Of a stretch of 64,000 nt of DNA, positions 42,290-52,914 are shown in pieces (the first letter of the stretch is position 1; each line of letters begins with the position of its first letter). Source of the stretch: Candidatus Gottesmanbacteria bacterium RIFCSPLOWO2_01_FULL_43_11b (GTDB taxonomy: Bacteria > Patescibacteriota > Microgenomatia > UBA10105 > UBA927). The DNA lies in contig MFJV01000001.1 in NCBI GenBank assembly GCA_001780985.1, positions 629,466 through 693,465 of the forward strand. Reading direction: 5' to 3'. A program made the translations under genes and the position numbers. The notes under the pieces are model-generated. The model was not told the DNA's origin, made no database searches, and saw only the letters and a program-made list of their open reading frames with translations.

Positions 42290-42670
42290 ATGACAATCGA
42301 GAATCTTGAGAAAGCACTGTTGAATAGATTCGTTACAGGTGAGGTTCACTTACGGGAGGGGCCAATTACGTGGAAAGAGATTAACGCATGGGAACCAGAG
42401 AATCGGGCATGGCAAGTAGCAAATATGTTACTGCAGGTGTTTATTCATCCAGAAGATGCGCCAGTCATTCCTGAATCAGTGAACGAAGTATTACAAATGC
42501 TTCAAGAGGGAGGTTGGGATGGAAAAACGCTCCACGATTTTCACAAGGACAGTAGAGATTTAATGCTCTCGCTTAAAGGAAGATTGTCCGAAAAAGATTG
42601 GGGCATCTTTTTTAAAGGAAGCATAAAACGATTTTTAAAACAGTCTGGAAGTGATACTACCCAAACGTAA
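42290..42670 (+). CDS. Hypothetical protein
   Basis: 126-aa ORF lying between the two dipZ-end copies. Confidence 0.65.
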   Translation: MTIENLEKALLNRFVTGEVHLREGPITWKEINAWEPENRAWQVANMLLQVFIHPEDAPVIPESVNEVLQMLQEGGWDGKTLHDFHKDSRDLMLSLKGRLSEKDWGIFFKGSIKRFLKQSGSDTTQT

Positions 42671-44144
42671 ATGCGTACAGTTCCACGTTGTCATCGGGGA
42701 ATTCCAGTTTTAAAATATGGTCGCCGGGTTGGGGGAGATTGATGAGTTCATATAGTCTATCGGAATCTACAGATACCTCTTTAACAAACTCATCATCGAG
42801 ATAAATATTTACTTTTCCGTTCCCCCGCATAACTAAAAATACCTTCGCTGCATTAAAACGAAATGTAAGCGTTGCTCCCACTCCTGGCATGGCAAATTCC
42901 GGTGATTTTGTCCAAGTGCCTGAGGTAGAAATTCGTGAGTAGTCTCCACGAGCCGCGCCCAGATATGTTTCCGGCGTACGGGATTGGATTTCATATGTGG
43001 GATTATCAATCGGCATATCTAAGAGAAGCAATTCCTGAATTTTTTTCTCTGTTTGATCATATTCACCTTCACCAAAATGTGTGTAGCGAATATTCCCCTC
43101 TTTATCAATCAAATATTTTGCTGGCCAGTAGCGGTTGCTGAATGCTGTCCAGGTAGCATAGTCGTTATCCTGCATCACAAGGTACTCTAACCCAAAATCT
43201 TTTATGGCTTTTGCAACGTTATTTGGATTCTTTTCAAATTCAAATTCCGGTGTGTGAACGCCGATAATTACCAATCCCTTGTCCTTATACTTCGTATGCC
43301 AATTTTTGAGGTATGGAAGTGTTCGAATACAATTTATGCACGTATATGTCCAAAAGTCTAGTAATACCACCTTTCCTCGCAAACTCGCGATCGTCGTTGG
43401 ATTTCCATTAAACCATTGTCCGCCGACAACAGGCTCCGGTGCTTTACCGAGATTGGGAGGATCCTTCATTTTAACTAACTGCTTTCTAACCAAATCATTG
43501 TCTTCAAGCTTTGTTAACCCAACACCGTAGTTAGGGAATTTCGTCAGTATATACGTCTGAAACTGTCGATCCCAACTAAAGTAAATTGCTACGGCTGTTA
43601 AAATCATCAAAACCCCAAATATTTTTTGGATGTTTGGAGAAGTTTTTATAAACTTTCGTCCGCCGTAAAGAATTATCAGCATCGGAAGACTAGTTCCGGC
43701 GGAGTACGAAAGTGTGATCAAAACTGCATCAAGCCCCACAGTTGATGTTGCAGCAAGCGCGATGATTGCTGCTAGGATTGGACCGACGCACGGAGTCCAG
43801 ACAAGTCCAAGACTCATGCCGAGCAGAAATCCATTTGTCGTTTTTGGCATGAATGAAATTTTAAAAATTTCTTTCCCCAAAACCATACTTATGCCAAAAA
43901 ATGTAATAACAAAAACTGCAACCAGTCGGAGAGCGTCGGAAGAAATCCCTGTTAATCTGACAATTGCATTCAAGAATAGAGTAAAGAATGTAAAGCTTAC
44001 AATAAATCCAAGAATGATACCCAGAGGTCTCTGTTTTCCTCCGGCAATTCCTCCCGACAGAACGATTGGCAATATCGGCAAAATACAAGGGGAGAGAATC
44101 GTAACGATTCCGCCTAAGAATGCAAAAAGAATAAGGAGTGACAT
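42657..44144 (-). CDS. DipZ-like CcdA-thioredoxin fusion
   Basis: SPCILP and WTPCVGP (CcdA); DFWTYTCINC and YWPA (redoxin); TPETYLG. Confidence 0.9.
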   Translation of the reverse strand: MSLLILFAFLGGIVTILSPCILPILPIVLSGGIAGGKQRPLGIILGFIVSFTFFTLFLNAIVRLTGISSDALRLVAVFVITFFGISMVLGKEIFKISFMPKTTNGFLLGMSLGLVWTPCVGPILAAIIALAATSTVGLDAVLITLSYSAGTSLPMLIILYGGRKFIKTSPNIQKIFGVLMILTAVAIYFSWDRQFQTYILTKFPNYGVGLTKLEDNDLVRKQLVKMKDPPNLGKAPEPVVGGQWFNGNPTTIASLRGKVVLLDFWTYTCINCIRTLPYLKNWHTKYKDKGLVIIGVHTPEFEFEKNPNNVAKAIKDFGLEYLVMQDNDYATWTAFSNRYWPAKYLIDKEGNIRYTHFGEGEYDQTEKKIQELLLLDMPIDNPTYEIQSRTPETYLGAARGDYSRISTSGTWTKSPEFAMPGVGATLTFRFNAAKVFLVMRGNGKVNIYLDDEFVKEVSVDSDRLYELINLPQPGDHILKLEFPDDNVELYAFTFG

Positions 44145-44176
44145 GTAGATGTAGTATAGCTTACAATAGGAAAATC

Positions 44177-45145
44177 ATGAATTTCAATTGGATTGACTGG
44201 ACTATTGTTGCAGTTGTCTTCTACTATTTGATTTCCGGTTGGCAAACCGGACTTATTTATTTATCCCTCAACCTCTTTTCATTCTTAGGATCGCTCTGGT
44301 TTGCAGTAAAATTTCATGCACCGGTTGGAGGATTCCTTACAGAAAAGTTTGGAATTCCCGAAATATGGACAACAGTCTTAGGGTACGTCGTTGTTGCAAT
44401 TATTGCCGAGGCGTTACTTTCTGAAATCGGCAATTGGTTCATTGTAAAAATTCCTAAAAAATATTTTACATCCAAGGCGAATCAGTGGTTAGGAGCACTC
44501 CTTGCAACGCTTAACGGTATTGTCATTGTCACGTTTATCCTTTTAGTTATTCTTGCTTTACCACTTCGCGGAAGTATTAAGAAAGATATTAGCACGTCAA
44601 TTATTGGGAAGACTTTGGTTAAATACGCAGAAAGCTATGGGGGAGGAGTTAAGTCGCTTCTTGAAGAAGTTTCTGCAGAAGCCCGGAAGTTTTTAACCAT
44701 CCAGCCGAGATCTACAGAGCGTATTGAACTTGATGTTGCGCCCGAAAAATCAGAGCTTACCATTGACGAAATATCAGAGAACAGAATGGTTGAGTTAGTC
44801 AACAGTGAGCGGGCAAAAGTAGGAGCTCCCGCTCTCATAATTGATATGAAAATTACTGCCGTTGCACGCGCACATAGTCGTGATATGTTTGAGAGGGCGT
44901 ATTTTTCCCACATAAGCCCTGAAGGAACTGACGTTGGAGATAGACTTTCTGCAGGCGGTGTTTCGTTTACCTATGCAGGAGAAAATTTAGCATATGCTCC
45001 GGATCTTCCTACAGCGCATCAAGGACTCATGGATAGCGAAGAGCATCGTCGAAACATTCTTGATCCGGAATTTAGACGTATCGGCATCGGTGTTATTGAC
45101 GGAGGTATCTATGGCAAAATATTCACCCAAAACTTTACAAACTAA
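44177..45145 (+). CDS. CvpA-domain plus CAP/SCP-domain protein
   Basis: NWIDW N-terminus with TM segments; AHSRDM..YFSH, GENLA and HRRNIL motifs. Confidence 0.85.
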   Translation: MNFNWIDWTIVAVVFYYLISGWQTGLIYLSLNLFSFLGSLWFAVKFHAPVGGFLTEKFGIPEIWTTVLGYVVVAIIAEALLSEIGNWFIVKIPKKYFTSKANQWLGALLATLNGIVIVTFILLVILALPLRGSIKKDISTSIIGKTLVKYAESYGGGVKSLLEEVSAEARKFLTIQPRSTERIELDVAPEKSELTIDEISENRMVELVNSERAKVGAPALIIDMKITAVARAHSRDMFERAYFSHISPEGTDVGDRLSAGGVSFTYAGENLAYAPDLPTAHQGLMDSEEHRRNILDPEFRRIGIGVIDGGIYGKIFTQNFTN

Positions 45146-45422
45146 CATATATCGTATTGTTTCCCGGATTCCAAAAGGCAAAGTGCTGACGTATGGTTTG
45201 GTGGCAAAACTTGTGGGCATTAAAAATCCCCGCCTCGTCGGCAGCGTCTTGCACAAAAATATTAATCCGAAAAAAATTCCTTGCCACCGGGTCGTCAACG
45301 CCCGGGGCAAAGTCGCCTCCTCCTACGCCTTCGGTGGTGCCGCGGGACAGCGGAAAAAACTTCTCTCAGAAGGTATCCAGTTTACCAATGGGAAGGTTGA
45401 TTTGAAGCGCTTCACTGGCTGA
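45111..45422 (+). CDS. O6-alkylguanine DNA alkyltransferase (single-domain MGMT)
   Basis: IPKGKVLTYG and PCHRVV motifs. Confidence 0.9.
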   Translation: MAKYSPKTLQTNIYRIVSRIPKGKVLTYGLVAKLVGIKNPRLVGSVLHKNINPKKIPCHRVVNARGKVASSYAFGGAAGQRKKLLSEGIQFTNGKVDLKRFTG

Positions 45423-45485
45423 CAATTAGTCTCTAAGTTTTCTCCTTTAACTATCCTCGCAAAATAAGAGATTTGGGATGATACA

Positions 45486-45938
45486 ATGGGCATAATGATT
45501 CTTCCAAAAAAAGCTTCGTGGGCACTACTCACCCTCTACTTCATTTTTGACAATGTCGCTTCGTATTGGGCGATAACGCGAATGGGTGGGAGAGAATTAA
45601 ATTTGGTAATCGCGCCGCTGGTGGAAACCTATCCATTTCTGTATTTCCTTTGTATTCCAGCCCAAATAATCGCCATATATCTTATCGCTTTATTTTTACG
45701 GGAGGTAGTGGTCGCGATGACGCGGCATTGGAAATTTTTTGACAAAACCATCATTGAACGGATTATCCTTGCTTCCATTGCCATCTACTGGCCGATAGCG
45801 AACTCATCTCTCAACGTCATGTTCATCTTTGGCTTCCGCGGCCAGGGGTATTTGTGGGGAACATCGACGTCCATTGGTATAACGGTGGCTCTAGGCTACG
45901 GTCTCCTATCTCTTTACCTCTTTAGCAGAAAAAAATAG
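45486..45938 (+). CDS. Membrane protein (DUF5658-like)
   Basis: D...SYWAI..GGRELN motif, four TM segments. Confidence 0.6.
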   Translation: MGIMILPKKASWALLTLYFIFDNVASYWAITRMGGRELNLVIAPLVETYPFLYFLCIPAQIIAIYLIALFLREVVVAMTRHWKFFDKTIIERIILASIAIYWPIANSSLNVMFIFGFRGQGYLWGTSTSIGITVALGYGLLSLYLFSRKK

Positions 45939-46103
45939 CTCGGTAGCGCAAGACGAGAAACTCTAGCGATCGTTTTCTTCCTCTTGATCGATAATCAGTT
46001 CTTTGGAATTATGTACTTTTTTGGAAAATATGATATAACTCATTAAGTATGCATAAAGTTCACAGAAACAACTACATAGTCGTAGAAAACCAGCTGGAAG
46101 TGC

Positions 46104-46131
46104 TTGACAAGAAAATATTTTCTATTATAAT
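46104..46131 (+). promoter_or_regulatory. Promoter with palindromic operator in the spacer
   Basis: TTGACA-16-TATAAT; the spacer holds perfect palindrome AGAAAATATTTTCT (46110-23). Confidence 0.75.
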
Positions 46132-46137
46132 GGAAAT

Positions 46138-46596
46138 ATGAGCACAGATTGGATAAAGTTTGAAGATGCAGGAAAACGCATGGTGGATCGAATAACGATC
46201 ACTAAAGGCGGTACTATCGGATTCCCGACACTATTCTACAAGAGGAATGGCGTAAACGGGTTTAAATACGTGATTTTATATTATTCTCCTACAGAAAAAG
46301 CTATAGGTTTAGAGCTTTCTAACGATGAAAACGAAAAAGGAAAATTAAGAATATCGCATAGTGCCCAGGGTTACGGTGCAAGCGTGAATGCACGCTTGTT
46401 TTTTCGTATAAACGAAATAGACTACATTTCTTACAGCCACAAATACAAGTGGACAAAAGAATCTTTTAGCGGTAAGGATCTTTTTGTTATTAAACTTTCA
46501 GAGAAAGACACAGAAGTTAAAACGGGTGATGTTGTTGATCCTGGGAACGATGAGGTTAAAAAAGAGCCTGACGTTTCCCCGGGTTCTGGTGAATAA
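46138..46596 (+). CDS. Hypothetical beta-rich protein (possibly AbrB/MraZ-like)
   Basis: 152-aa ORF; ITITKGGTIGFP resembles a swapped-hairpin motif. Confidence 0.65.
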   Translation: MSTDWIKFEDAGKRMVDRITITKGGTIGFPTLFYKRNGVNGFKYVILYYSPTEKAIGLELSNDENEKGKLRISHSAQGYGASVNARLFFRINEIDYISYSHKYKWTKESFSGKDLFVIKLSEKDTEVKTGDVVDPGNDEVKKEPDVSPGSGE

Positions 46597-46685
46597 ACCA
46601 CGCGTCTATTCCATTAGGGCGATTCAACGTGGTGAACGAGGTCCGATCCCTCGCGGGGAGCCATCAGGCTCTTTTTCTACTATTT
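46555..46685 (-). ncRNA. Candidate structured sRNA antisense to the 3' end of 46138-46596
   Basis: 13-bp perfect closing stem (46559-71 with 46664-76), several internal stems, TATAAT/TATAGT boxes upstream on the minus strand and a U-tract at its end. Confidence 0.5.
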
Positions 46686-46767
46686 CTACTATATCAAATT
46701 ATATCAAATTTCTCCACAAACTTCACCTATTACTATACCAATTTACTTAATTATAGTTAAATCACGC

Positions 46768-46850
46768 TAGACAGCAAGAAGATTTTTTAGTACAATAATA
46801 ATGTTAAAACACAGCTGCGCGCATGTGGGCGTAGCTTATTTTTGTTTTTA
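46768..46850 (+). promoter_or_regulatory. fusA promoter and leader hairpin
   Basis: TAGACA-17-TACAAT; hairpin AGCTGCGC/GCGTAGCT followed by a U-rich tract. Confidence 0.65.
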
Positions 46851-46856
46851 CTTACT

Positions 46857-48959
46857 ATGGCAAGTCCACAGACAAAACTAACGCAGGAGCGCGACGTACC
46901 GCTTGAGAAGGTGCGGAATATCGGCATTATTGCCCATATTGACGCGGGAAAAACAACGACAACCGAGCGGATTCTCTACTACACAGGTCGCACCTATAAG
47001 ATCGGAGATATTGACGAGGGTACGACACAGATGGACTGGATGGAACAGGAGAAAGAGCGAGGTATTACCATTGTATCAGCCGCAACTACCACATTTTGGA
47101 AAGATTACCGCTTTAATATTATTGATACCCCGGGACACGTTGATTTTACAGCAGAAGTAGAACGAAGTTTACGCGTTTTAGACGGCGGCATTACCGTTTT
47201 GGATGCTGAAGAAGGAGTTCAATCTCAGTCAGAAACTGTTTGGCACCAGGCAGATAAATATAACGTTCCCAGACTTTGCTTTATCAATAAAATGGATAAA
47301 GTCGGCGCTGATTTTCGCGCAACAATTAAATCCATCGAAGAGCGATTGGGAGCCCGTACTGCCGTTATGGTCGTTCCCATAGGCAGAGAAGCTACGTTTA
47401 AGGGAATTATCGACTTGCTCACAAGAAAAGCGTATGTATGGAATACCGACGATCTTGGCGCTCACCCTGATGAGGTGGAAATTCCAGCAGACTTAAAAGA
47501 CGATGTTGAAAAATCCCGACATGCTCTCATTGAGAAAATTTCAGAAACCGATGATGTGCTTTTGGAAAAGTATCTGGCAGGTACAGAGCCGACAATTGAT
47601 GAGCTAAAAGCGGCGTTGCGCCGCGCAGTTATCTCCTATACACTCGTTCCCATTTATTGCGGAACGAGTTTGCGGAATAAAGGAGTGCAGCCGCTTCTTG
47701 ACGCAGTTGTTGATTATCTTCCTTCACCCCTGGATCTTCCACCGGTTGAAGGGACGCATCCCAAAACGAATGAAAAAGAAACGCGAAAGCGTACTAATGA
47801 TGAATCATTTTCGGGATTGGCATTCAAAATTCAAGTTGACCCCCACGTCGGGAAACTTACCTATGTTCGTATTTATTCCGGAAAACTCGTTTCCGGCTCC
47901 TATACGTATAACTCGAGTAAAGGAGCTCAAGAACGTGTGGGGCGATTGCTTCTCATGCATGCAAATCAACGGGAAGAAATTAAAGAGGCATATGCCGGAG
48001 AAATAGTTGCCGTCGTTGGTTTTAAAGACACGATTACAGGAGATACGATTTGTGACGGTGATAAACCAATAATTTTAGAAAAAATTACGTTCCCCGAGCC
48101 TGTTATATCTCTTGCAATTGAGCCCAAAACGAAAAATGATCAGGAAAAAATGGGGTATGCACTCCAACGTCTTGCAGAGGAAGATCCGACGTTTAAAATT
48201 AAAAGCAATCTTGAAACAAATCAAACAATTATTTGGGGAATGGGAGAGCTCCATCTTGAAATCCTCGTTGACCGCATGAAGCGGGAGTTTAAGGTAGAGG
48301 CAAACGTCGGCGCTCCTCAAGTTGCGTATAAAGAAACAGTCACGAAGTTAGCAGAGGGTGAGGGAAAGTACATTCGGCAATCGGGTGGTCGAGGACAATA
48401 CGGGCATGCATTCCTTCGAATTGAACCAAAAGGAAGAGGAGAAGGGTTTGAGTTTGTCGATGCAATTAAAGGCGGAGCAATCCCCAATGAGTTTATTCCT
48501 GCGGTAGAAAAAGGAGTGAAAGAAGCATTAGATAACGGAGTTCTTGCCGGCTATCCGATGGTAGATATGACGGTAACCCTGTACGACGGAACCTACCATG
48601 AGGTTGACAGTTCCGAAATTGCATTTAAGATTGCAGGATCCATGGCGCTCCAAAGCGCAGTAAAACAGGCAGGACCAATTCTCCTTGAGCCAATTATGAA
48701 GGTAGAAGTTACTACTCCGGATGAGTTTATGGGAGATGTTATCGGAGATCTGTCTGCAAAGCGGGCGCAGATTCTGGGAACAACAAAACGAGGCGCAGTG
48801 ACGATTATTTTGGCCATGGTTCCGCTTGCAGAACTATCAGGATACGCAACCACACTTCGAAGTATGAGCAAAGGGCGCGCTACGTATTACATGGAGCCTA
48901 GCCACTACGAACCTGTACCGAAAAACATTCAGGAAAAACTTGTTGCAAAGAGTGTCTAA
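46857..48959 (+). CDS. fusA: Elongation factor G
   Basis: [17 protein letters not shown] and GMGELHLE motifs. Confidence 0.99.
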   Translation: MASPQTKLTQERDVPLEKVRNIGIIAHIDAGKTTTTERILYYTGRTYKIGDIDEGTTQMDWMEQEKERGITIVSAATTTFWKDYRFNIIDTPGHVDFTAEVERSLRVLDGGITVLDAEEGVQSQSETVWHQADKYNVPRLCFINKMDKVGADFRATIKSIEERLGARTAVMVVPIGREATFKGIIDLLTRKAYVWNTDDLGAHPDEVEIPADLKDDVEKSRHALIEKISETDDVLLEKYLAGTEPTIDELKAALRRAVISYTLVPIYCGTSLRNKGVQPLLDAVVDYLPSPLDLPPVEGTHPKTNEKETRKRTNDESFSGLAFKIQVDPHVGKLTYVRIYSGKLVSGSYTYNSSKGAQERVGRLLLMHANQREEIKEAYAGEIVAVVGFKDTITGDTICDGDKPIILEKITFPEPVISLAIEPKTKNDQEKMGYALQRLAEEDPTFKIKSNLETNQTIIWGMGELHLEILVDRMKREFKVEANVGAPQVAYKETVTKLAEGEGKYIRQSGGRGQYGHAFLRIEPKGRGEGFEFVDAIKGGAIPNEFIPAVEKGVKEALDNGVLAGYPMVDMTVTLYDGTYHEVDSSEIAFKIAGSMALQSAVKQAGPILLEPIMKVEVTTPDEFMGDVIGDLSAKRAQILGTTKRGAVTIILAMVPLAELSGYATTLRSMSKGRATYYMEPSHYEPVPKNIQEKLVAKSV

Positions 48960-49028
48960 TGTGTGTTACAATCTGTTACGCACGACATACTGATCGTGAG
49001 ATTATTTGTTTAGAAAAAAGGAGGATGT

Positions 49029-50216
49029 ATGGCAGACCAGCAAAAATTTATTCGAAATAAGCCGCATTTAAACATAGGAACCATCGGTCACGTTGACCAT
49101 GGTAAAACGACCTTAACGAGTGCCATTACGCACGTACTTGCAAAGGCTGGTTTGGCAAAGGCCTTAAAATACGAAGAAATTGATAATGCCCCTGAAGAGA
49201 AAGCCCGCGGAGTCACAATAAACATTCACCACTCTGAATACGAAACAGCAAAACGACACTATGCCCACATTGATGCACCCGGTCATGCTGACTATGTCAA
49301 AAACATGATCACAGGAGCAGCTCAAATGGATGGAGCGATCCTTGTTGTTTCTGCTCCGGACGGCCCTATGCCGCAAACCCGTGAGCATATTCTCCTTGCA
49401 GGGCAAGTAAACGTCCCGGCAATTGTCGTATTTATGAATAAATGCGACATGGTTCAAGATAAGGAACTTCTTGACTTGGTTGAAATGGAAGTTCGGGAAT
49501 TGCTCACAAAGTACAAATTCCCGGGAGATAAAGTTCCGGTTATCCGAGGTTCTGCTCTCAAAGCGCTCCAGGGCGAGGCAGAGGCTGAAAAATCAATTGA
49601 AGAGCTTATGAAAGCGGTTGATGAGTATGTTCCGGAACCCAAGCGTGACCTTGAGAAGCCGTTCCTTATGCCTATTGAGGACGTGTTTTCCATCAAAGGT
49701 CGGGGAACAGTGGTTACCGGACGAGTCGAGCGTGGAAAAGTCAAGATTAACGACACTATTGAGATTGTCGGAATCAAAGCAACACAGTCGACAGTGGTCA
49801 CGGGCGTTGAGATGTTCCGAAAGCTCCTTGACGAAGGGCAGGCAGGAGACAATATTGGAGTACTGCTTCGGGGAGTTGAAAAGGATCAGGTAGAGCGTGG
49901 ACAGGTTCTTGCCGCACCGGGTTCAGTCAAGCCCCACACGGAGTTTGAGGCTGAAACATATGTTTTAGCCAAAGAAGAAGGTGGACGCCACACACCATTT
50001 TTCACCGGTTACAGACCACAGTTTTACATTCGGACAACCGATGTGACTGGTGAGGTAACACTCCCAAAGGGCGTAGAAATGGTTATGCCCGGAGATAGCA
50101 CAAAGATGACCGCAAAACTGATTGTTCCGGTTGCCTTGGAAGAAGGACTTCGGTTTGCAGTTCGTGAAGGTGGACACACAGTTGGAGCAGGGGTTATTAC
50201 AAAAATTATTGCCTAA
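49029..50216 (+). CDS. tuf: Elongation factor Tu
   Basis: GHVDHGKTT and [12 protein letters not shown] motifs; AAGGAGG Shine-Dalgarno. Confidence 0.99.
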   Translation: MADQQKFIRNKPHLNIGTIGHVDHGKTTLTSAITHVLAKAGLAKALKYEEIDNAPEEKARGVTINIHHSEYETAKRHYAHIDAPGHADYVKNMITGAAQMDGAILVVSAPDGPMPQTREHILLAGQVNVPAIVVFMNKCDMVQDKELLDLVEMEVRELLTKYKFPGDKVPVIRGSALKALQGEAEAEKSIEELMKAVDEYVPEPKRDLEKPFLMPIEDVFSIKGRGTVVTGRVERGKVKINDTIEIVGIKATQSTVVTGVEMFRKLLDEGQAGDNIGVLLRGVEKDQVERGQVLAAPGSVKPHTEFEAETYVLAKEEGGRHTPFFTGYRPQFYIRTTDVTGEVTLPKGVEMVMPGDSTKMTAKLIVPVALEEGLRFAVREGGHTVGAGVITKIIA

Positions 50217-50231
50217 GTACCTTAACAAACG

Positions 50232-50540
50232 ATGCCAAAAGGTCGCATACGAGTACGCCTAAAAGCGTACGACAGTAGAATCATTGACGATTGTTGCCAA
50301 AAAATTCTCGACACCGCAATTCGTACGGGTGCTCGGGTCGTTGGCCCGGTACCACTCCCAACAGATCGAGAACACTTTAACGTGGCAAGAGGTCCGTTTA
50401 TTGATCGGAATAGTCGGGAAGATTTTTTGATTAAAACGCACAAAAGACTCATTGACATCGTTGAACCAACAGATAAAACTATAGATCAACTCATGCATAT
50501 CGATTTGCCCGCAGGAGTAGATGTAGAGTTGAAGATGTAA
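50232..50540 (+). CDS. rpsJ: 30S ribosomal protein S10
   Basis: IRVRLKAYD and GPVPLPT motifs. Confidence 0.97.
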   Translation: MPKGRIRVRLKAYDSRIIDDCCQKILDTAIRTGARVVGPVPLPTDREHFNVARGPFIDRNSREDFLIKTHKRLIDIVEPTDKTIDQLMHIDLPAGVDVELKM

Positions 50541-50547
50541 GGGATAC

Positions 50548-50570
50548 TTTGTCCCGCTAAGCGGGACAAA
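50548..50570. repeat. TCCCGC-N3-GCGGGA palindrome
   Basis: TTTGTCCCGC-TAA-GCGGGACAAA; a related copy is at 62816-62833. Confidence 0.7.
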
Positions 50571-50583
50571 AGTCTCAAGTGAG

Positions 50584-50615
50584 GCCCAGTTCCTCGTGAG
50601 AGGCTGGGTTTTTTT
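50584..50615 (+). terminator. Terminator-like hairpin plus U7 directly before rplC
   Basis: CCCAG..CCTC-GTGA-GAGG-CTGGG-TTTTTTT then ATG. Confidence 0.55.
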
Positions 50616-51233
50616 ATGATGAACGCATTATTGGGTTATAAAATAAGTCAGTCACAGCAGTTTACTGATGACGGGAAGAGAATTCCCGTCACCATGATTA
50701 CTGCAGGTCCATGCTGGGTAACCCAGGTAAAAGATATGGGTACCTATCGAAGTATTCAGCTTGGATTTGGAACAGTTAAGAATATTTCAAAACCACTCCA
50801 GGGTCATATAAAAAAAGCGGGGTTAGAACAAAAGCCCCGTTTTTTACGGGAAATTCGTGCAGCATCCGACGAAACTGTTACTGCGGGAGCACAAATTCAA
50901 GTATCTGACGTATTCCAGGTTGGAGATAACATTCAAGTAACGGGAATTAGCAAGGGAAAAGGGTTTGCAGGAGTTGTCAAACGTCATCACTTTAAAGGAG
51001 GGCCGCGTACCCATGGTCAATCAGATCGTGAACGAGCACCCGGTTCTATCGGCCAAACCACAACCCCAGGTCGTGTTTATAAGGGTAAACGTATGGCAGG
51101 TCGAATGGGAGGGGATACGGTGACAGTGAAAGGACTACAGGTTGTTTCGATTGATCCGACGACTAATACACTTACCGTAAAAGGGGTTGTTCCAGGAGGC
51201 ACACATGGCCTCCTTCTTGTTACAAAAGTATGA
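50616..51233 (+). CDS. rplC: 50S ribosomal protein L3
   Basis: SKGKGFAG and PGRVYKGKRMAG motifs. Confidence 0.98.
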   Translation: MMNALLGYKISQSQQFTDDGKRIPVTMITAGPCWVTQVKDMGTYRSIQLGFGTVKNISKPLQGHIKKAGLEQKPRFLREIRAASDETVTAGAQIQVSDVFQVGDNIQVTGISKGKGFAGVVKRHHFKGGPRTHGQSDRERAPGSIGQTTTPGRVYKGKRMAGRMGGDTVTVKGLQVVSIDPTTNTLTVKGVVPGGTHGLLLVTKV

Positions 51234-51874
51234 AAAAAACACCAGCTACAAAAACAATACAGGCAACGGTTATGGGTACGGATGGGAAAAGTTCCGGCAA
51301 AGTAACTCTTCCTTCTCAACTTTTTGCGGTGAAGGTGAATAAAGAGTTACTCGTGCAATCGATTCGGGTATACGAAGCCAACCAGAGGGCAGGTGCGGCT
51401 TCAACCAAAACCCGGGGAGAAGTTGAGGGATCAACGCGTAAAATATATCGACAAAAAGGGTCTGGTCGTGCACGGCACGGATCTATTCGCGCTCCAATTT
51501 TCGTTGGAGGAGGAATAGTTTTCGGTCCCAAACCGCGCGATTACAGTTTACATTTGCCGAAAAAAATGAAAAGCATGGCTTTGGCAAGTGCGTTGACTAC
51601 CCGATATCAAGACGGAAGTATTCATATTGTTGACGGACTCGATAAGTTGAAGCCAAAAACAAAACTTATGGCAAAAACACTAAAAACCTTGGGTATCCCC
51701 AGCCCGGTGTTACTTGTCACTTCAAAAGAACAAAATACGGTTATCCAAGGTGCACGTAATATTTCCGGAGTCACACATATATTTGTTAACCAGCTCCATC
51801 CGTATGCAATTTTTGCACCAAAGTCACTTCTTTTTACTAAACAAGCAATACTTTCTTTGAAGGATAAACCATGA
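51230..51874 (+). CDS. rplD: 50S ribosomal protein L4
   Basis: [11 protein letters not shown] motif. Confidence 0.97.
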   Translation: MKKTPATKTIQATVMGTDGKSSGKVTLPSQLFAVKVNKELLVQSIRVYEANQRAGAASTKTRGEVEGSTRKIYRQKGSGRARHGSIRAPIFVGGGIVFGPKPRDYSLHLPKKMKSMALASALTTRYQDGSIHIVDGLDKLKPKTKLMAKTLKTLGIPSPVLLVTSKEQNTVIQGARNISGVTHIFVNQLHPYAIFAPKSLLFTKQAILSLKDKP

Positions 51875-52176
51875 AACACGTTGTATTTAAACCGCGCATA
51901 TCAGAAAAGTCTTTAGATCTTGCATCAACAGGGTGGTACACATTCGTTGTGGGAAATAATGCGCGTAAAGAGGAAATTACAAAAGCAGTTAATGATCTCT
52001 ATGGCGTTACGGTTACCGATGTCCGTACAGCAAATGTTGTCGGGAAAGAAAGGCGCGTGGGAAAGAATCGTAAAGTATTGCGAAAATCAGATTGGAAAAA
52101 AGCATTCGTTCGTCTTTCCAAAGGCCAAAAAATAGACGCATTTGAGGTAACTTCAGAAGGCGAGAAAAAAACATGA
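51871..52176 (+). CDS. rplW: 50S ribosomal protein L23
   Basis: P.ISEKS and WKKAFV motifs. Confidence 0.95.
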   Translation: MKHVVFKPRISEKSLDLASTGWYTFVVGNNARKEEITKAVNDLYGVTVTDVRTANVVGKERRVGKNRKVLRKSDWKKAFVRLSKGQKIDAFEVTSEGEKKT

Positions 52177-52913
52177 AACATTTACGCGAAATTCTTCAAA
52201 AAAATTCCGGAAGAGACAGTTTGGGTCACGTATCATCACGCCACCAAGGAGGCAGACACAAACGATTCTACCGAAAAATAGACTGGCTGAGAGATAAAAA
52301 TGGTGTCGCTGCAGTGGTAGAGGGGATCGAATATGATCCAAACCGATCGGCAAGTATTGCGCTTTTGCAGTATGCAGACGGTGAAAAGCGCTACATACTT
52401 GCCCCAAGAGGGTTAAATGTTGGCGCAAAAATTGTTAGCGGATCTGATATTGAGGCGAAAGTTGGCAACAGTCTTCCTTTAGGCAATATGCCGCTCGGTA
52501 CCGTGGTGCATGCTATCGAGGTAAAACCGGGAAGCGGTGCTCAAATAATAAGAAGTGCAGGAGTGGGAGCGACGGTGTTATCAAAAGATGAGAGCGGAGT
52601 GCAAATAAAACTTCCTTCAGGAGAAACCCGCCTCTTCAATCTCCTAAGTCGTGCAACAGTGGGTTCTGTAGGAAATGAAGAATGGAAAAATAGAGTTATT
52701 GGGAAAGCAGGTCGGAGCAGACATTTAGGAATACGCCCGCAGGTGCGCGGAGTAGCCCAAAATCCTCGCAGCCACCCGCATGGAGGCGGAGAAGGACGAA
52801 GTGGTATAGGGCTCCCTTCACCAAAAAGCAGATGGGGAAAACGTACATTAGGAAAAAAGACGAGAAAAAACAAAAAATACAGCAATAGATTTATTATTGC
52901 AAGGAGACCATAA
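52173..52913 (+). CDS. rplB: 50S ribosomal protein L2 (short N-terminus)
   Basis: IEYDPNRS and HPHGGGEG motifs. Confidence 0.97.
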   Translation: MKHLREILQKNSGRDSLGHVSSRHQGGRHKRFYRKIDWLRDKNGVAAVVEGIEYDPNRSASIALLQYADGEKRYILAPRGLNVGAKIVSGSDIEAKVGNSLPLGNMPLGTVVHAIEVKPGSGAQIIRSAGVGATVLSKDESGVQIKLPSGETRLFNLLSRATVGSVGNEEWKNRVIGKAGRSRHLGIRPQVRGVAQNPRSHPHGGGEGRSGIGLPSPKSRWGKRTLGKKTRKNKKYSNRFIIARRP

Positions 52914-52914
52914 T

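Noticed and set aside
46560-46672. Hammerhead-like words (CUGAUG...GAAAC-GUC) on the minus strand
   Set aside because: A9 is replaced by G, stem III has no loop, and the words arise from the closing inverted repeat. Not supportable as a ribozyme.
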